The notes below the pieces were generated by a model. It worked only from the letters and a program-made list of their open reading frames with translations, ran no database searches and was not told where the DNA came from. Source: a candidate division WOR_3 bacterium SM23_42 (GTDB lineage: Bacteria > Hydrothermota > Tepidihabitantia > SM23-42). Taken from it: a stretch of DNA of 64,000 bases. How positions within the stretch are numbered: position 1 is the first letter of the stretch; each line of letters opens with the position of its first letter. Positions 48,350-57,796 of this stretch are shown here, piece after piece. Where the stretch lies: contig LJUJ01000010.1 of assembly GCA_001303785.1 (NCBI GenBank), forward strand, positions 6,765 to 70,764, given 5' to 3'. Both the position numbers and the translations under genes were made by a program.

Positions 48350-49182
48350 TAAAGTCCTATGCCTACGCTGATATTGTTAACCATACCGAGGTTCTTGGGG
48401 AAGAATGAACCGCCATATTTCACTTCTAACGCACCAGCATCGATCGTTAGACCAAAACCAGGATATAATTCGTCTCGATAGTTGACCGCAGCGCTCAGTG
48501 ATATACGCTGGTGAATAGGTAACGTTGCCCCAACGGCGAACTCGAAAGCCGAATCATTAACCAAATAATGCAAGTCGCCGCTTATTGTTAGTTTTCTGAT
48601 TAGATGAAGACCGCCGATGCTCAAACGGGAGGGCAGATTCACCCGGTCGTTATTAATGGTCATACTGGTTCCGAAATTGCTGGCTCCGAGGGTTACGCCG
48701 CTTGTTCCATTTCTATAGACAACCGCAATGTCAACGGCAAGTGCATAGTCTGAGTAGACGTAGATGTTTTCGGTCACGTACTTAAGGTTGATTCCTATCC
48801 TACCTTGTGAAGTAACGTTCACTGCGGCACCTAGGATGAGAGAAAAATCGTATGCGCTGTAATTGATTAAGGGATCTTCGGTTGGATAATCCGGGCGCCA
48901 TTCTATTTCGCCGTAATCGAAATTGACGATACCGATGCCAAAGTCGACCCCTTTCATTTTTTTGCCAAGGGACAGTGACACACTCTGCATACCAAGATAA
49001 AAACGATTATATGAACATTGGAAGGTGAGGTTATCACGCGCACTGAAATTTGACGGATTGTAGAATATCGCCTCTTCGTTGCTTGCGGTTGCAAAGCTTG
49101 TTATAACGCCAACCGGGGATGGAGGCATCAGCAGCGATTTCACTCCCGCAGCGGCCATCATGATAATTAATAATGTACTCAT
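48349..49182 (-). CDS. PorV/PorQ-like outer-membrane beta-barrel protein
   Basis: AIFYNPS N-terminal motif; DYGEIE; FSAYD-like; GINLKY; AVDIA; NFG..LPS.L.IG. Confidence 0.65.
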   Translation of the reverse strand: MSTLLIIMMAAAGVKSLLMPPSPVGVITSFATASNEEAIFYNPSNFSARDNLTFQCSYNRFYLGMQSVSLSLGKKMKGVDFGIGIVNFDYGEIEWRPDYPTEDPLINYSAYDFSLILGAAVNVTSQGRIGINLKYVTENIYVYSDYALAVDIAVVYRNGTSGVTLGASNFGTSMTINNDRVNLPSRLSIGGLHLIRKLTISGDLHYLVNDSAFEFAVGATLPIHQRISLSAAVNYRDELYPGFGLTIDAGALEVKYGGSFFPKNLGMVNNISVGIGL

Positions 49183-50310
49183 TTATTCCTCGATTATTTC
49201 AACGTTAGCCCTAGGTAGGGTAACTTTCCTCTTATCTTCGAGTTCCACATCCAAAACGCGAACCTTCGCCTCGGTTTCCACCTTAGCTAATTCAACCGGG
49301 AGGCCAATGACTTTACCGATGAGGCCGAAGTATGGTTCCCTGATGATTCTAACCTTCATGCCGGTCTCGAGCCCGGTGCCCGCAGATAAATCCGCTGTCT
49401 TCTTGGTCGATGCTTTCTTTTCCGCTGGCACGATCAATTCCGGTCTCATAACACCAGCCCTTATCTGAGTAGCCCCGTTCATTGATGTCTTTTTACCACT
49501 CAATGACTTGAGTAATTCGAAGGTTCTGTGAGCCATCCTTAATTTACCGAATCCTTCGGTCGCGATCAAGGTGATACCAACCTTTTCGGAACCGGTTATC
49601 GCAACGCCGATATCGTAGCCCATAAACCGCTTGAGATCCTGGTCTTCAATGCCACCCACGACGACGCCTTTGGCACCAACATCCCGGGCCTTTTCCAATG
49701 CAGCATATTCAGCCATGGACCCGCCGATGATGACCTTATCCTCGAACGATTTGTCAATACTGCTAGGAGTGAGTACTTCGGCGGGGTCGTCGGTGGCCAT
49801 TGCAATATGGCCGATCGTTTCGCCCCCGATGCCGAAAATCCCTTGTATGAAACTACCTACTGTTCTGATCTCGACCCCTTCATTCTTTATTATGTCGATG
49901 ACCTCGCCGTCTATATAGGCAATGACCTCGACCGGGATGGGTGGCTCGCGCAGGATGACTTGCCCCGTGATTTTGGAGATGCTTTCTATTTCACCTTCGA
50001 TGGGGCTTTTCACCTGTGATTTAAAAAGTCCGAAGAATCCTTTACTCTCAGCGCAGACTTCATCCTTGCAACATTTATTGCCACATTTTTTCATCATAAC
50101 ATCATCAATTTCCGCTGGTAATATGCCCAAGAGTCCAGCAACATTCAAGGTCTGAACATTACCGGGCAGATTTGTACGCGCGACGACCTGTTCCGCCGAT
50201 ATCTCGTCACCTTTCTTGACGACAATTTCGCCGGGCAGCGGAAGACGACGTTGCTTTGTCAAAACTGTATATTCGAGAACTTTAAGCCCCGGAGTATATG
50301 CATGTGCCAA
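49183..50310 (-). CDS. Conserved uncharacterised protein (barrel-sandwich-hybrid-like N-region, KOW-like C-terminus)
   Basis: SD AAGGAGG, TTG; MAHAYTPGL; IQGIFGIGGE; TEGFG; TQIRAGVMRPE; GMKVRIIREPYFG. Confidence 0.8.
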   Translation of the reverse strand: MAHAYTPGLKVLEYTVLTKQRRLPLPGEIVVKKGDEISAEQVVARTNLPGNVQTLNVAGLLGILPAEIDDVMMKKCGNKCCKDEVCAESKGFFGLFKSQVKSPIEGEIESISKITGQVILREPPIPVEVIAYIDGEVIDIIKNEGVEIRTVGSFIQGIFGIGGETIGHIAMATDDPAEVLTPSSIDKSFEDKVIIGGSMAEYAALEKARDVGAKGVVVGGIEDQDLKRFMGYDIGVAITGSEKVGITLIATEGFGKLRMAHRTFELLKSLSGKKTSMNGATQIRAGVMRPELIVPAEKKASTKKTADLSAGTGLETGMKVRIIREPYFGLIGKVIGLPVELAKVETEAKVRVLDVELEDKRKVTLPRANVEIIEE

Positions 50311-50362
50311 TGTGTGCCTCCTTCATAATCGTATATTTATGATAACCATATTTTCATATAGG

Positions 50363-51211
50363 TCAAGGGGACAGAGAAGTCTGCGCGAGCAGCTGTCTGA
50401 CCTTCATCATATTTATCAAGTCCTCCTTTAAGTTGGTTCTCGGTGTTTCCATGATGAATGGCAGATGCTGTAATTGTGTGCAGTGCAGGATGTGGAACAT
50501 ACCTTGGCCGATTTGGCCTTGACCAATATGCCAGTGCCGGTCACTATGTGAGCCGTATGCTGTTTTTGAATCGTTGAGATGGACAAGATGCAGTCTTTCG
50601 AGGCCGATCGTCCGGTCAAATTCGGCAAGGGATTCTAGCACCGCAGTCTCGGTTCGTAGATCGTATCCTGCTTGGAAGGCATGTGCCGTATCGAGTACCA
50701 CACCCATTCTCTCCTTATCCTCAACGTGATCGATGATGTCACGCAGTTGCTTGAATGTGTGACCGAGTTCCGCGCCGCTGCCGGCAGTGTTTTCGAGGAG
50801 AAGGTGGACATTATTTTGAATTCGTGATAACGCCTGGTTGATGCCCTCGCTGATTTTCTGTAATCCATTGGTTTTATCCGACGCGGAGCCGACATGCATT
50901 ATGAGAAAGTGAGCTCCGATGATTGCACTTCTCTTCAAGTCTTCGATCAGGGAATCGAGCGAGCGGTGCCATAGCTCGTCGCTAGTTGAGGCCAGGTTCG
51001 CAAGGTAGGGCATATGGACAAAAACCGGCCAGATGCCTTTTTCTCTTATCTGCTTCTTGAAAATTGAGATATCTTCGATATCCAGGGATCGGTATTTCCA
51101 GCCCCTCGGGTTACGGGAAAAGAGTTGGATTGTCTCGGATTGTCTTTCCTGGGCACGGGGCACAACCTTCTTGAAGCCTCCCGCGATCGAAACATGAAAG
51201 CCGAGTCTCAT
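50363..51211 (-). CDS. nfo: Endonuclease IV (AP endonuclease family 2)
   Basis: GFHVSIAGG; HMPYLANLAS; LLENTAG; DTAH; HLNDSK; DRHWHIG; METP. Confidence 0.95.
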   Translation of the reverse strand: MRLGFHVSIAGGFKKVVPRAQERQSETIQLFSRNPRGWKYRSLDIEDISIFKKQIREKGIWPVFVHMPYLANLASTSDELWHRSLDSLIEDLKRSAIIGAHFLIMHVGSASDKTNGLQKISEGINQALSRIQNNVHLLLENTAGSGAELGHTFKQLRDIIDHVEDKERMGVVLDTAHAFQAGYDLRTETAVLESLAEFDRTIGLERLHLVHLNDSKTAYGSHSDRHWHIGQGQIGQGMFHILHCTQLQHLPFIMETPRTNLKEDLINMMKVRQLLAQTSLSP

Positions 51212-51229
51212 CCTGAAAGAGGTAATTTG

Positions 51230-51293
51230 GTCATTATGTCACTGGGTCATTGAGTCGTTCGGTCATTATGTCATTACGTCATCAGATCATTGG
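51230..51293 (-). repeat. TGAC octamer tandem array, 8 units
   Basis: Plus strand GTCATTAT GTCACTGG GTCATTGA GTCGTTCG GTCATTAT GTCATTAC GTCATCAG ATCATTGG. Confidence 0.85.
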
Positions 51294-51327
51294 GCCGAGA
51301 AGAAATATAGACACTGGTTGGGGTTTC

Positions 51328-51876
51328 TTAGTTTTTCTTAAATATTGACAGAGAATCGGGATCTGTGGTCAGGTAGCGGTCCGTTCCGAAATACAAGATC
51401 GGGTTTACCTTGTTTACATCCACGAGTTCTCTTTCATGCAGAACGTGTTGGTCGAAATGGATCAGCAGAACGCGGCCTACCAAGAGAAAATGATCACCAT
51501 ACTCGTGCAGATGGCATTTTTCGCATTCATACGCAGCATAGCTTGTGGATAGTATTGGAGCAGTCACCTTTTCGGCGGGATACGTGGCTATTTTGAAGTG
51601 GGTCAGCTTGTCGATATCGCGTCCCGAAGTACTTCCAAGCTTCGCAACAAGAGGTGCGTTTTCGTGCATCACGAAGTTCACCGCGAATCCCTTCTCTTTC
51701 CTTAAGAGTTCGTATGTATAACGTTTAGGCGATATGAGGGCGCCATAGAGAGGTGGTTTTGCAGAAATCGGTGTATGCCACGCGGCGGGCATTAGATTTC
51801 GAGCGACGCTAATCAACACTACGGACTGAGGAAATAAATAATAGAACTTCTCGAAATCTGCAGTCGTATGCATCAT
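51328..51876 (-). CDS. Flavin reductase-like family protein
   Basis: NLMPAAWHTPIS..PPL; GSTSGRDIDK; YEC; GDH.L.VG.V. Confidence 0.88.
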   Translation of the reverse strand: MMHTTADFEKFYYLFPQSVVLISVARNLMPAAWHTPISAKPPLYGALISPKRYTYELLRKEKGFAVNFVMHENAPLVAKLGSTSGRDIDKLTHFKIATYPAEKVTAPILSTSYAAYECEKCHLHEYGDHFLLVGRVLLIHFDQHVLHERELVDVNKVNPILYFGTDRYLTTDPDSLSIFKKN

Positions 51877-54026
51877 TTTTTGCTTTTCGATTTATGACAG
51901 TCCGGGCAATGATTCTTGCCCCGTTTTACAACCATACGCTTGCCACAAGTTGGACACTTCTCTTCGACTGGCGGGTAGAAGCTTGAAGATTCACATTTTT
52001 TACATTTGTATATTTTGCCACGCCGCGTCGAGATAATGATTACCTCACCTTCGCATATTCGACATGGTACTTCGTGGACCAGGTTCTCGGTGTGTCGGCA
52101 TTCAGGATAACCTGAGCAAGCAATGAACTTGCCAAATTTACCGTGACGGATGATAAGATCACGGCCGCATTCGGGACACTTCTTATTGCTTTTTTCAACG
52201 ATGATGTTTTCCGAATACTTACATTCAGGAAATCCGGAACAGGCTAGGAACTTTCCGTACTTTCCCCATCTAACTACCAGAGGACGCTGACACTTAGGGC
52301 ACTCCTTTTCAACTTTTTCTACAATTTCTTCCTTGATCTTACCCGCATCCTTCTTCATGTTGTTTAGGTCAACGACAAACGGGTCATAGAATTCGCGGAC
52401 CACGCGTTGCCATGATTTCTTACCATTCTCAACCTGATCAAATTCCTTTTCCATCTTTGCCGTGAAGGAAACCGCGAAGACATCAGGGAAACGGGGAATG
52501 ATTATCTTGTAAACCTGCCTGCCCAGTTCGGTGGGCGTGATGCGGCCGGCATTCTTTAACACATATCGACGCTCGAAAAGCGTTTGAATGATGTGAGCGT
52601 AGGTTGAAGGACGACCGATACCATTCTCCTCGAGTTTTTTTATAAGCCCGGCTTCGGTATAGCGCGGCGTAGGTTCGGTCTTCTTCTCTTCGAATTTGAT
52701 GTCGATGAGAGTGGCTTTGTTACCGACTTTAATTTTTGGTATCATCCCGCGCTCGATGACATCACCACTTATGAGTTGGTATCCTGGGAATACAGGTTTC
52801 ATTTCTTCGGCTCGAAAGTCGACTTCCATGTAGTTCAATATCACCTCTCTCATACGGTAGCGTGCTGGCGCCATTTGCGAGGCAAGGTAGCGATTGTATA
52901 TCAGTTTGTAAAGCTTGTACTGCTCAGGAGTCAGGTGTTCTTTTATGTGATCGGGTTCGAGTTCAATCTTGGTTGGTCTTATTGCTTCGTGTCCAGACTG
53001 CGCTCCCTTGCGGTCCTTGAATTTTCTAATCTCCTTGTGCAGATATTCTTCTCCATATTTAGCCGCGATGTATTCACGGAGAGTACCTAACGCCGCAGCA
53101 TTGACCCTAATCGAATCGGTTCTCATGTAAGTGATGAGCCCTATGCTGCCTTGGGGTAGCCTAATACCTTCATAAAGAGACTGGGCGACGCGTATTGTTT
53201 TGCGCGCGGACATTCCAAAACGTTTAGAAGATTCCTGCTCGAGGGTTGAGGTTATGAACGGGGGAGGCGGGAGTCGTGTGGGATTAGTTGCCCGGTAGGA
53301 CGTCACGGTGAATTCTGAATTTTTCTTGAGTAAGTCTTGTAGACGATTCAGTTCACCCTTATTGGATATCTTACGACGTTCACCATCGATACGCCAGAGT
53401 GTGGCATTGAAATTCTGCTTTTTCTCAGTTTCGAATGTGGCATCCGCGGTCCAATAAGGGGTTGATACGAATGCCTCGATTTCTTCTTCCCTTTCGCAGA
53501 TCAAGCGCAGGGCAACACTCTGTACCCTGCCTGCCGAGAGTCCTCTCTTGATGATTGTCCATAATATGGGACTCGTGTAATAACCTACAATGCGGTCGAG
53601 CACGCGACGCGCCTTATGGGCATCGACCAGATTGGAATTGATGGCGGTGGGGTTCTCCAAGGCTTGTTTGACGTGTTCGGGAGTTATTTCATAGAATAGA
53701 GCGCGCTTGACATCAGCGGCATTGGAATTCAACTCTTCGGCCAGATGCTGCGCTATGGCCTCACCTTCGCGATCCGGATCAGGCGCCAGGAAAATTACAG
53801 AGGAATTTTTGCAGGCTTTCTTGATCTCATTGATGATCTTCGCCTTGCCTCTGATCTTAATATATTGGGGTGCAAAATTATTTTCCACATCCACACCCAA
53901 CTTGGATTTGGGCAAATCCTTGATATGACCCTTCGAAGATAGTAAAACATATTGGGAACCAAGAAAACTCTTGATCGTCTTCGACTTGGTCGGTGACTCG
54001 ACAATGATGACTTTCTTTTTTGCCAC
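51873..54026 (-). CDS. topA: DNA topoisomerase I with C-terminal zinc ribbons
   Basis: IVESPTK; DPDREGEAI; SAGRVQS; LITYMRTDS; HEAIRPT; GIGRPSTY; C4 zinc fingers. Confidence 0.97.
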   Translation of the reverse strand: MAKKKVIIVESPTKSKTIKSFLGSQYVLLSSKGHIKDLPKSKLGVDVENNFAPQYIKIRGKAKIINEIKKACKNSSVIFLAPDPDREGEAIAQHLAEELNSNAADVKRALFYEITPEHVKQALENPTAINSNLVDAHKARRVLDRIVGYYTSPILWTIIKRGLSAGRVQSVALRLICEREEEIEAFVSTPYWTADATFETEKKQNFNATLWRIDGERRKISNKGELNRLQDLLKKNSEFTVTSYRATNPTRLPPPPFITSTLEQESSKRFGMSARKTIRVAQSLYEGIRLPQGSIGLITYMRTDSIRVNAAALGTLREYIAAKYGEEYLHKEIRKFKDRKGAQSGHEAIRPTKIELEPDHIKEHLTPEQYKLYKLIYNRYLASQMAPARYRMREVILNYMEVDFRAEEMKPVFPGYQLISGDVIERGMIPKIKVGNKATLIDIKFEEKKTEPTPRYTEAGLIKKLEENGIGRPSTYAHIIQTLFERRYVLKNAGRITPTELGRQVYKIIIPRFPDVFAVSFTAKMEKEFDQVENGKKSWQRVVREFYDPFVVDLNNMKKDAGKIKEEIVEKVEKECPKCQRPLVVRWGKYGKFLACSGFPECKYSENIIVEKSNKKCPECGRDLIIRHGKFGKFIACSGYPECRHTENLVHEVPCRICEGEVIIISTRRGKIYKCKKCESSSFYPPVEEKCPTCGKRMVVKRGKNHCPDCHKSKSKK

Positions 54027-54031
54027 GATTA

Positions 54032-54059
54032 ATTATATAGCATTTGCAGGTCTCGTCAA
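54032..54059 (-). promoter_or_regulatory. topA promoter TTGACG-N16-TATAAT, likely leaderless
   Basis: -10 box ends 5 nt before GTG 54026; no SD. Confidence 0.7.
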
Positions 54060-54194
54060 GAACCAGGCATGATTACAGAGATATACAATAGATTACAGTG
54101 ATGTTGACAGTTGTGGGGTGCACGTTAGCTGCACCCGTAGTACTGTTTAAGAAGTAAATATTCGATATACAAGAAGAAGATTCTTACCTTTGTC

Positions 54195-54222
54195 TTGACA
54201 TCGAAATGTCGGTAGTTATAAT
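54195..54222 (+). promoter_or_regulatory. sigma70-type promoter TTGACA-N16-TATAAT
   Basis: Perfect hexamers. Confidence 0.78.
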
Positions 54223-54359
54223 TGTGTAAAATAATGGACTGAGGCAAAGCGGTGGGTGCTAAAGGAGAGGCGCAATGCATCTTACAACAACCATAAGCTA
54301 CTACACAGACGTGAAGAGCGTTCGCTAATGATGCAAATGGTGTTGATGGCCATTTCTCT

Positions 54360-54956
54360 GTGATTACCAGAGCCGAATTTCAAGACATCATCAAGCTCGA
54401 AGGCCAGGCTCGAGGATCAACGCTGAACACGGATGCCGCCTACGTCGAGAGCCAGGAAGGAAAAGAAGGGTTACATAAGGTGGAGGCCGCGTTTCGCCAA
54501 CTGGGCTATCCGGTGGAGTACAAACATATAAAAGATATGGGTTGGTATCCTATTTGTCTGCGTGTACTGTCGCTGCGGGTGATACAGGACGTGTTCGGTC
54601 TTAAACCCATGGATCTTAGAACAATGGGTGATACGGCTCCTAAGTTCTCATTTCTAGTTAAGGTTTTCATGAAATTCACAGGCGTGTCTGAGCTTGCGGC
54701 GCGCCGGGTTCCTGGATATTGGCGGATGCATTACAGCGTGGGGGATATGTGTGCCAGTGAAGTGAATGGCCAAGCCGGATATGTGATTGTCCAGCTGACC
54801 GATTTCAAGACGCATCAGATTCTGTGTAGATATTTCGAAGGCTATTTTCGCAGGCTGCTACAATTCAGCTTCGTTGATCAGGATGTAGAGATTAGGGAAA
54901 CAAAATGTATGTTCAAGGGTGACCCCCATCATGAATACCGCATCACCTGGAAATAA
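54360..54956 (+). CDS. DUF2378/V4R-like sensory-domain protein
   Basis: WYP motif; C.YFEGYF; ETKCMFKGDPHHEYRITW C-terminus; overlaps the HD-GYP gene. Confidence 0.7.
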   Translation: MITRAEFQDIIKLEGQARGSTLNTDAAYVESQEGKEGLHKVEAAFRQLGYPVEYKHIKDMGWYPICLRVLSLRVIQDVFGLKPMDLRTMGDTAPKFSFLVKVFMKFTGVSELAARRVPGYWRMHYSVGDMCASEVNGQAGYVIVQLTDFKTHQILCRYFEGYFRRLLQFSFVDQDVEIRETKCMFKGDPHHEYRITWK

Positions 54957-56829
54957 CAAGACTGCAAAAGAGACACAGCGTCTCATGCACTTGGAGCATG
55001 ATCTTTTTGCCTTAGAGCGGTACATCAATGATATTTGGCGGTTTCTGCCGGTTCCTGTGGCATACTTGAATCCCCTGGGGATTATTTTGGATGTCAGTCA
55101 TTCATTTGAGGGTCTGCTAGGCCACAAGAAAGAAGAGCTGGTGGGTGGTACGTTACTCGGCTTGTTTGCTGAAAAGGAAAGAATTAAGCAGATACAGGAC
55201 ATTACTCTGAAGAAGAGCCGCGTCTGTGATCACGAGTGTGTCGTTCGGAATAAAGCCGGCGAGACGATTCCGGTCAACGTGTCAACCCTGATCAGAAAAG
55301 ACGAAAGGAATGATACAATTGGCTATTTCGTCGCACTGGTTGATATTTCACAGCGGGTATCTGCCGAGCAAGCGCTCGATGTTTCAGAATCGCAGTACCG
55401 GGCTACTCTCGATTCGATTGGTGATGGTATTCACGTTGTCGATAAGAATCTACACATCGTCATGGTCAATGAAGCATTGCGCAGGCGTCTAAGGGATTTG
55501 GGTGTCGACATCGAGCCGGTGGGTAAATCAATCAGAGACGTCTTTCGGCTGTCGTCCCCAGAGGCGACCTCGGATTATCAAAGTGTTTTCGAGAACGGCG
55601 AGTTGTTGGTAAGTGAAGAGAGTGTGAAGGTTGGTAATCGGGAATTCATTTGCGAGGTACGTAAGATCCCGATATTTGATGGCCCCGATGTGCGGCAGGT
55701 GGTTACGGTTATTCATGATATTACAGCCCGGAAGAGAGAGGAGCAGATAAAGACCGTGCTCTACAAAATCTCAAGCGAAGTGAATACCGTTAAGGATTTG
55801 CATGAGCTGTTCGAGTTAATTAGAAAACATCTGGGAGCAATCATCGACACAACGAATTTCTTCATTGCCCTGCGTAATAAAGCGGACCGAGCAGTATCAC
55901 TCGCTTATTCTGTTGATGAGAGAGGCGATTCGGAATCACTGCCTCAGGGAAGAACACTCACCTCTTACGTAATCGAGAATAACCGCTCGCTCCTGGTCAC
56001 CGAAAACGATATTAGACAAATGAAGCGCTCGGGAGAAATAGAAAGCATTGATGTGCCTTTTAAGGTGTGGTTAGGAGTACCCCTGCGCGCAAAAGATGAG
56101 GTAATCGGGGCGTTGGTCGTTAGCAACAATCATGACCCTACTGTATACACGAGAAAGGATATGGAAATTCTCGAGTTCGTTTCTGAACAGGTTGCCGCGG
56201 CTGTTGAGCGAAAAAGGGCGGATGATGAAGTGCAGCAGACATTACGAAGATTGAAGAATACCTCAACGAGCATTATCTTCACCATGGCCAAAATCTTAGA
56301 ACTGCGCGACCCATATACTGCAGGTCATCAGCAACGTGTGGCACGGTTGGCGTGCGCGATTGCACGTGAGCTGGGACTCACCGAGGAGCAGGTGGATGGC
56401 ATATTCATGGCGGCCTTGATTCATGACATTGGCAAGATTTACGTCCCTGCAGAGATTCTTAATCGCCCCGCGCGGCTGAACGAGACAGAAATGGATTTGG
56501 TAAAAACACATCCCAGTATTGGCTATGACATCGTGAAGGAGATTGATTTCGCGCAACCAGTGGACCGTATCGTTGTGCAGCACCACGAGCGTATCGATGG
56601 TTCAGGTTATCCGAATGGTATTGATGGCAGCAGCATAATACTCGAGGCGAGAATCTTAGCGGTGGCAGATGTGGTTGAGGCGATGGCTTCACATCGACCA
56701 TATCGGCCTGCCTTGAGCATTGACGAGGCTTTGAGCGAAATAGAAAAGTATCGGAATACGTTGTATGATACGCGTGTCGTGGATGCTTGCCTGAAGATTT
56801 TCAGGGACAATAATTTCAAGTTAGATTGA
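54931..56829 (+). CDS. PAS-PAS-GAF-HD-GYP cyclic di-GMP phosphodiesterase
   Basis: Two PAS domains ending DIS/DIT; GAF WLGVPL; RDPYTAGH; HDIGK; HHERIDGSGYP. Confidence 0.92.
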   Translation: MNTASPGNNKTAKETQRLMHLEHDLFALERYINDIWRFLPVPVAYLNPLGIILDVSHSFEGLLGHKKEELVGGTLLGLFAEKERIKQIQDITLKKSRVCDHECVVRNKAGETIPVNVSTLIRKDERNDTIGYFVALVDISQRVSAEQALDVSESQYRATLDSIGDGIHVVDKNLHIVMVNEALRRRLRDLGVDIEPVGKSIRDVFRLSSPEATSDYQSVFENGELLVSEESVKVGNREFICEVRKIPIFDGPDVRQVVTVIHDITARKREEQIKTVLYKISSEVNTVKDLHELFELIRKHLGAIIDTTNFFIALRNKADRAVSLAYSVDERGDSESLPQGRTLTSYVIENNRSLLVTENDIRQMKRSGEIESIDVPFKVWLGVPLRAKDEVIGALVVSNNHDPTVYTRKDMEILEFVSEQVAAAVERKRADDEVQQTLRRLKNTSTSIIFTMAKILELRDPYTAGHQQRVARLACAIARELGLTEEQVDGIFMAALIHDIGKIYVPAEILNRPARLNETEMDLVKTHPSIGYDIVKEIDFAQPVDRIVVQHHERIDGSGYPNGIDGSSIILEARILAVADVVEAMASHRPYRPALSIDEALSEIEKYRNTLYDTRVVDACLKIFRDNNFKLD

Positions 56830-57000
56830 TTCGATCCCCGGATTAGAACCTCTACGGTTTCAGACAGCATTGGTGAGATAAGATCGTGTGGTGATGCTCG
56901 ACTGCTTTAGTATACCATCGTATGAGGAAAGGCAAGAGTGATTCGCATGTGCGGGCGTTGATTTTGCTGGGGAAATATATATAATTTCTGGGAGACGTCG

Positions 57001-57789
57001 GTGAGCCTATTACCCCTGCAGAAGGGAATACTATACGGTCCCATTGATTCCCGGCGTTTGGGCAAATCGCTCGGAATTAATCTCATGCCAGCCGAGTACA
57101 AATTGTGTAGCTTCAATTGTGTGTATTGTCATTACGGCTGGACAAAGGTACACGCATTCGATGTCCTTCCGCACCAAAAAGATATTCCACGCTTGGATGA
57201 TGTTGTTCGAGCAATAAAGGGGGCATTGATGTCCGGTCAAGCATTTGATTACTTGACGTTTTCGGGCAACGGCGAGCCAACCTTATACCCACGATTCTTG
57301 GAACTAGTTACTAGGGTCGCCGAGTTACGCGACAAGTACCGCCCACGGCTCAAGGTCGCTTTGCTTTCTAATTCTTCTGGATTGAATAATGCTGACGTCG
57401 TGAAGAGCATCGATCACATTGACATGCCCGTATTCAAACTTGATGCTGGGAAAAGGGAGATTTTCTATGCAATCAATCGGCCAGCTCGAGGTGTGATTTT
57501 CAAGCAAATAGTCGAGCGTCTACAGTCCCTCAAACGCATTCTTATTCAAACGGTGTTGGTTCATGGTTCTCCCTGCAACGCTCGAGTGCAAGATCTCAAG
57601 GCCTATTTCGAGTTGATCAAGAAGATTCGACCTAAAGCAGTACATATATACTCGATTGATCGCCCGGTGCCGAATGTTAGAATCAAGCGCGTACTTCCCG
57701 AAGAACTCAAGCAAATCGCGCGTCGTGGAGAAGATGATACGAAGGTAAAGATAGAAGCGTTCTACTTGGATCATAAAGGTGAGGGTTAA
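57001..57789 (+). CDS. Radical SAM protein (COG0731/TYW1-like)
   Basis: YGPIDSRRLGKSLGINL; CSFNCVYC; TFSGNGEPTL; KLDA. Confidence 0.9.
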   Translation: MSLLPLQKGILYGPIDSRRLGKSLGINLMPAEYKLCSFNCVYCHYGWTKVHAFDVLPHQKDIPRLDDVVRAIKGALMSGQAFDYLTFSGNGEPTLYPRFLELVTRVAELRDKYRPRLKVALLSNSSGLNNADVVKSIDHIDMPVFKLDAGKREIFYAINRPARGVIFKQIVERLQSLKRILIQTVLVHGSPCNARVQDLKAYFELIKKIRPKAVHIYSIDRPVPNVRIKRVLPEELKQIARRGEDDTKVKIEAFYLDHKGEG

Positions 57790-57796
57790 CGAGTGC

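Noticed and set aside
54236-54275. c-di-GMP-I riboswitch upstream of the HD-GYP operon
   Set aside because: Only a GGCAAA-like fragment is present; the GNRA-capped P2 and the P3 stem are missing
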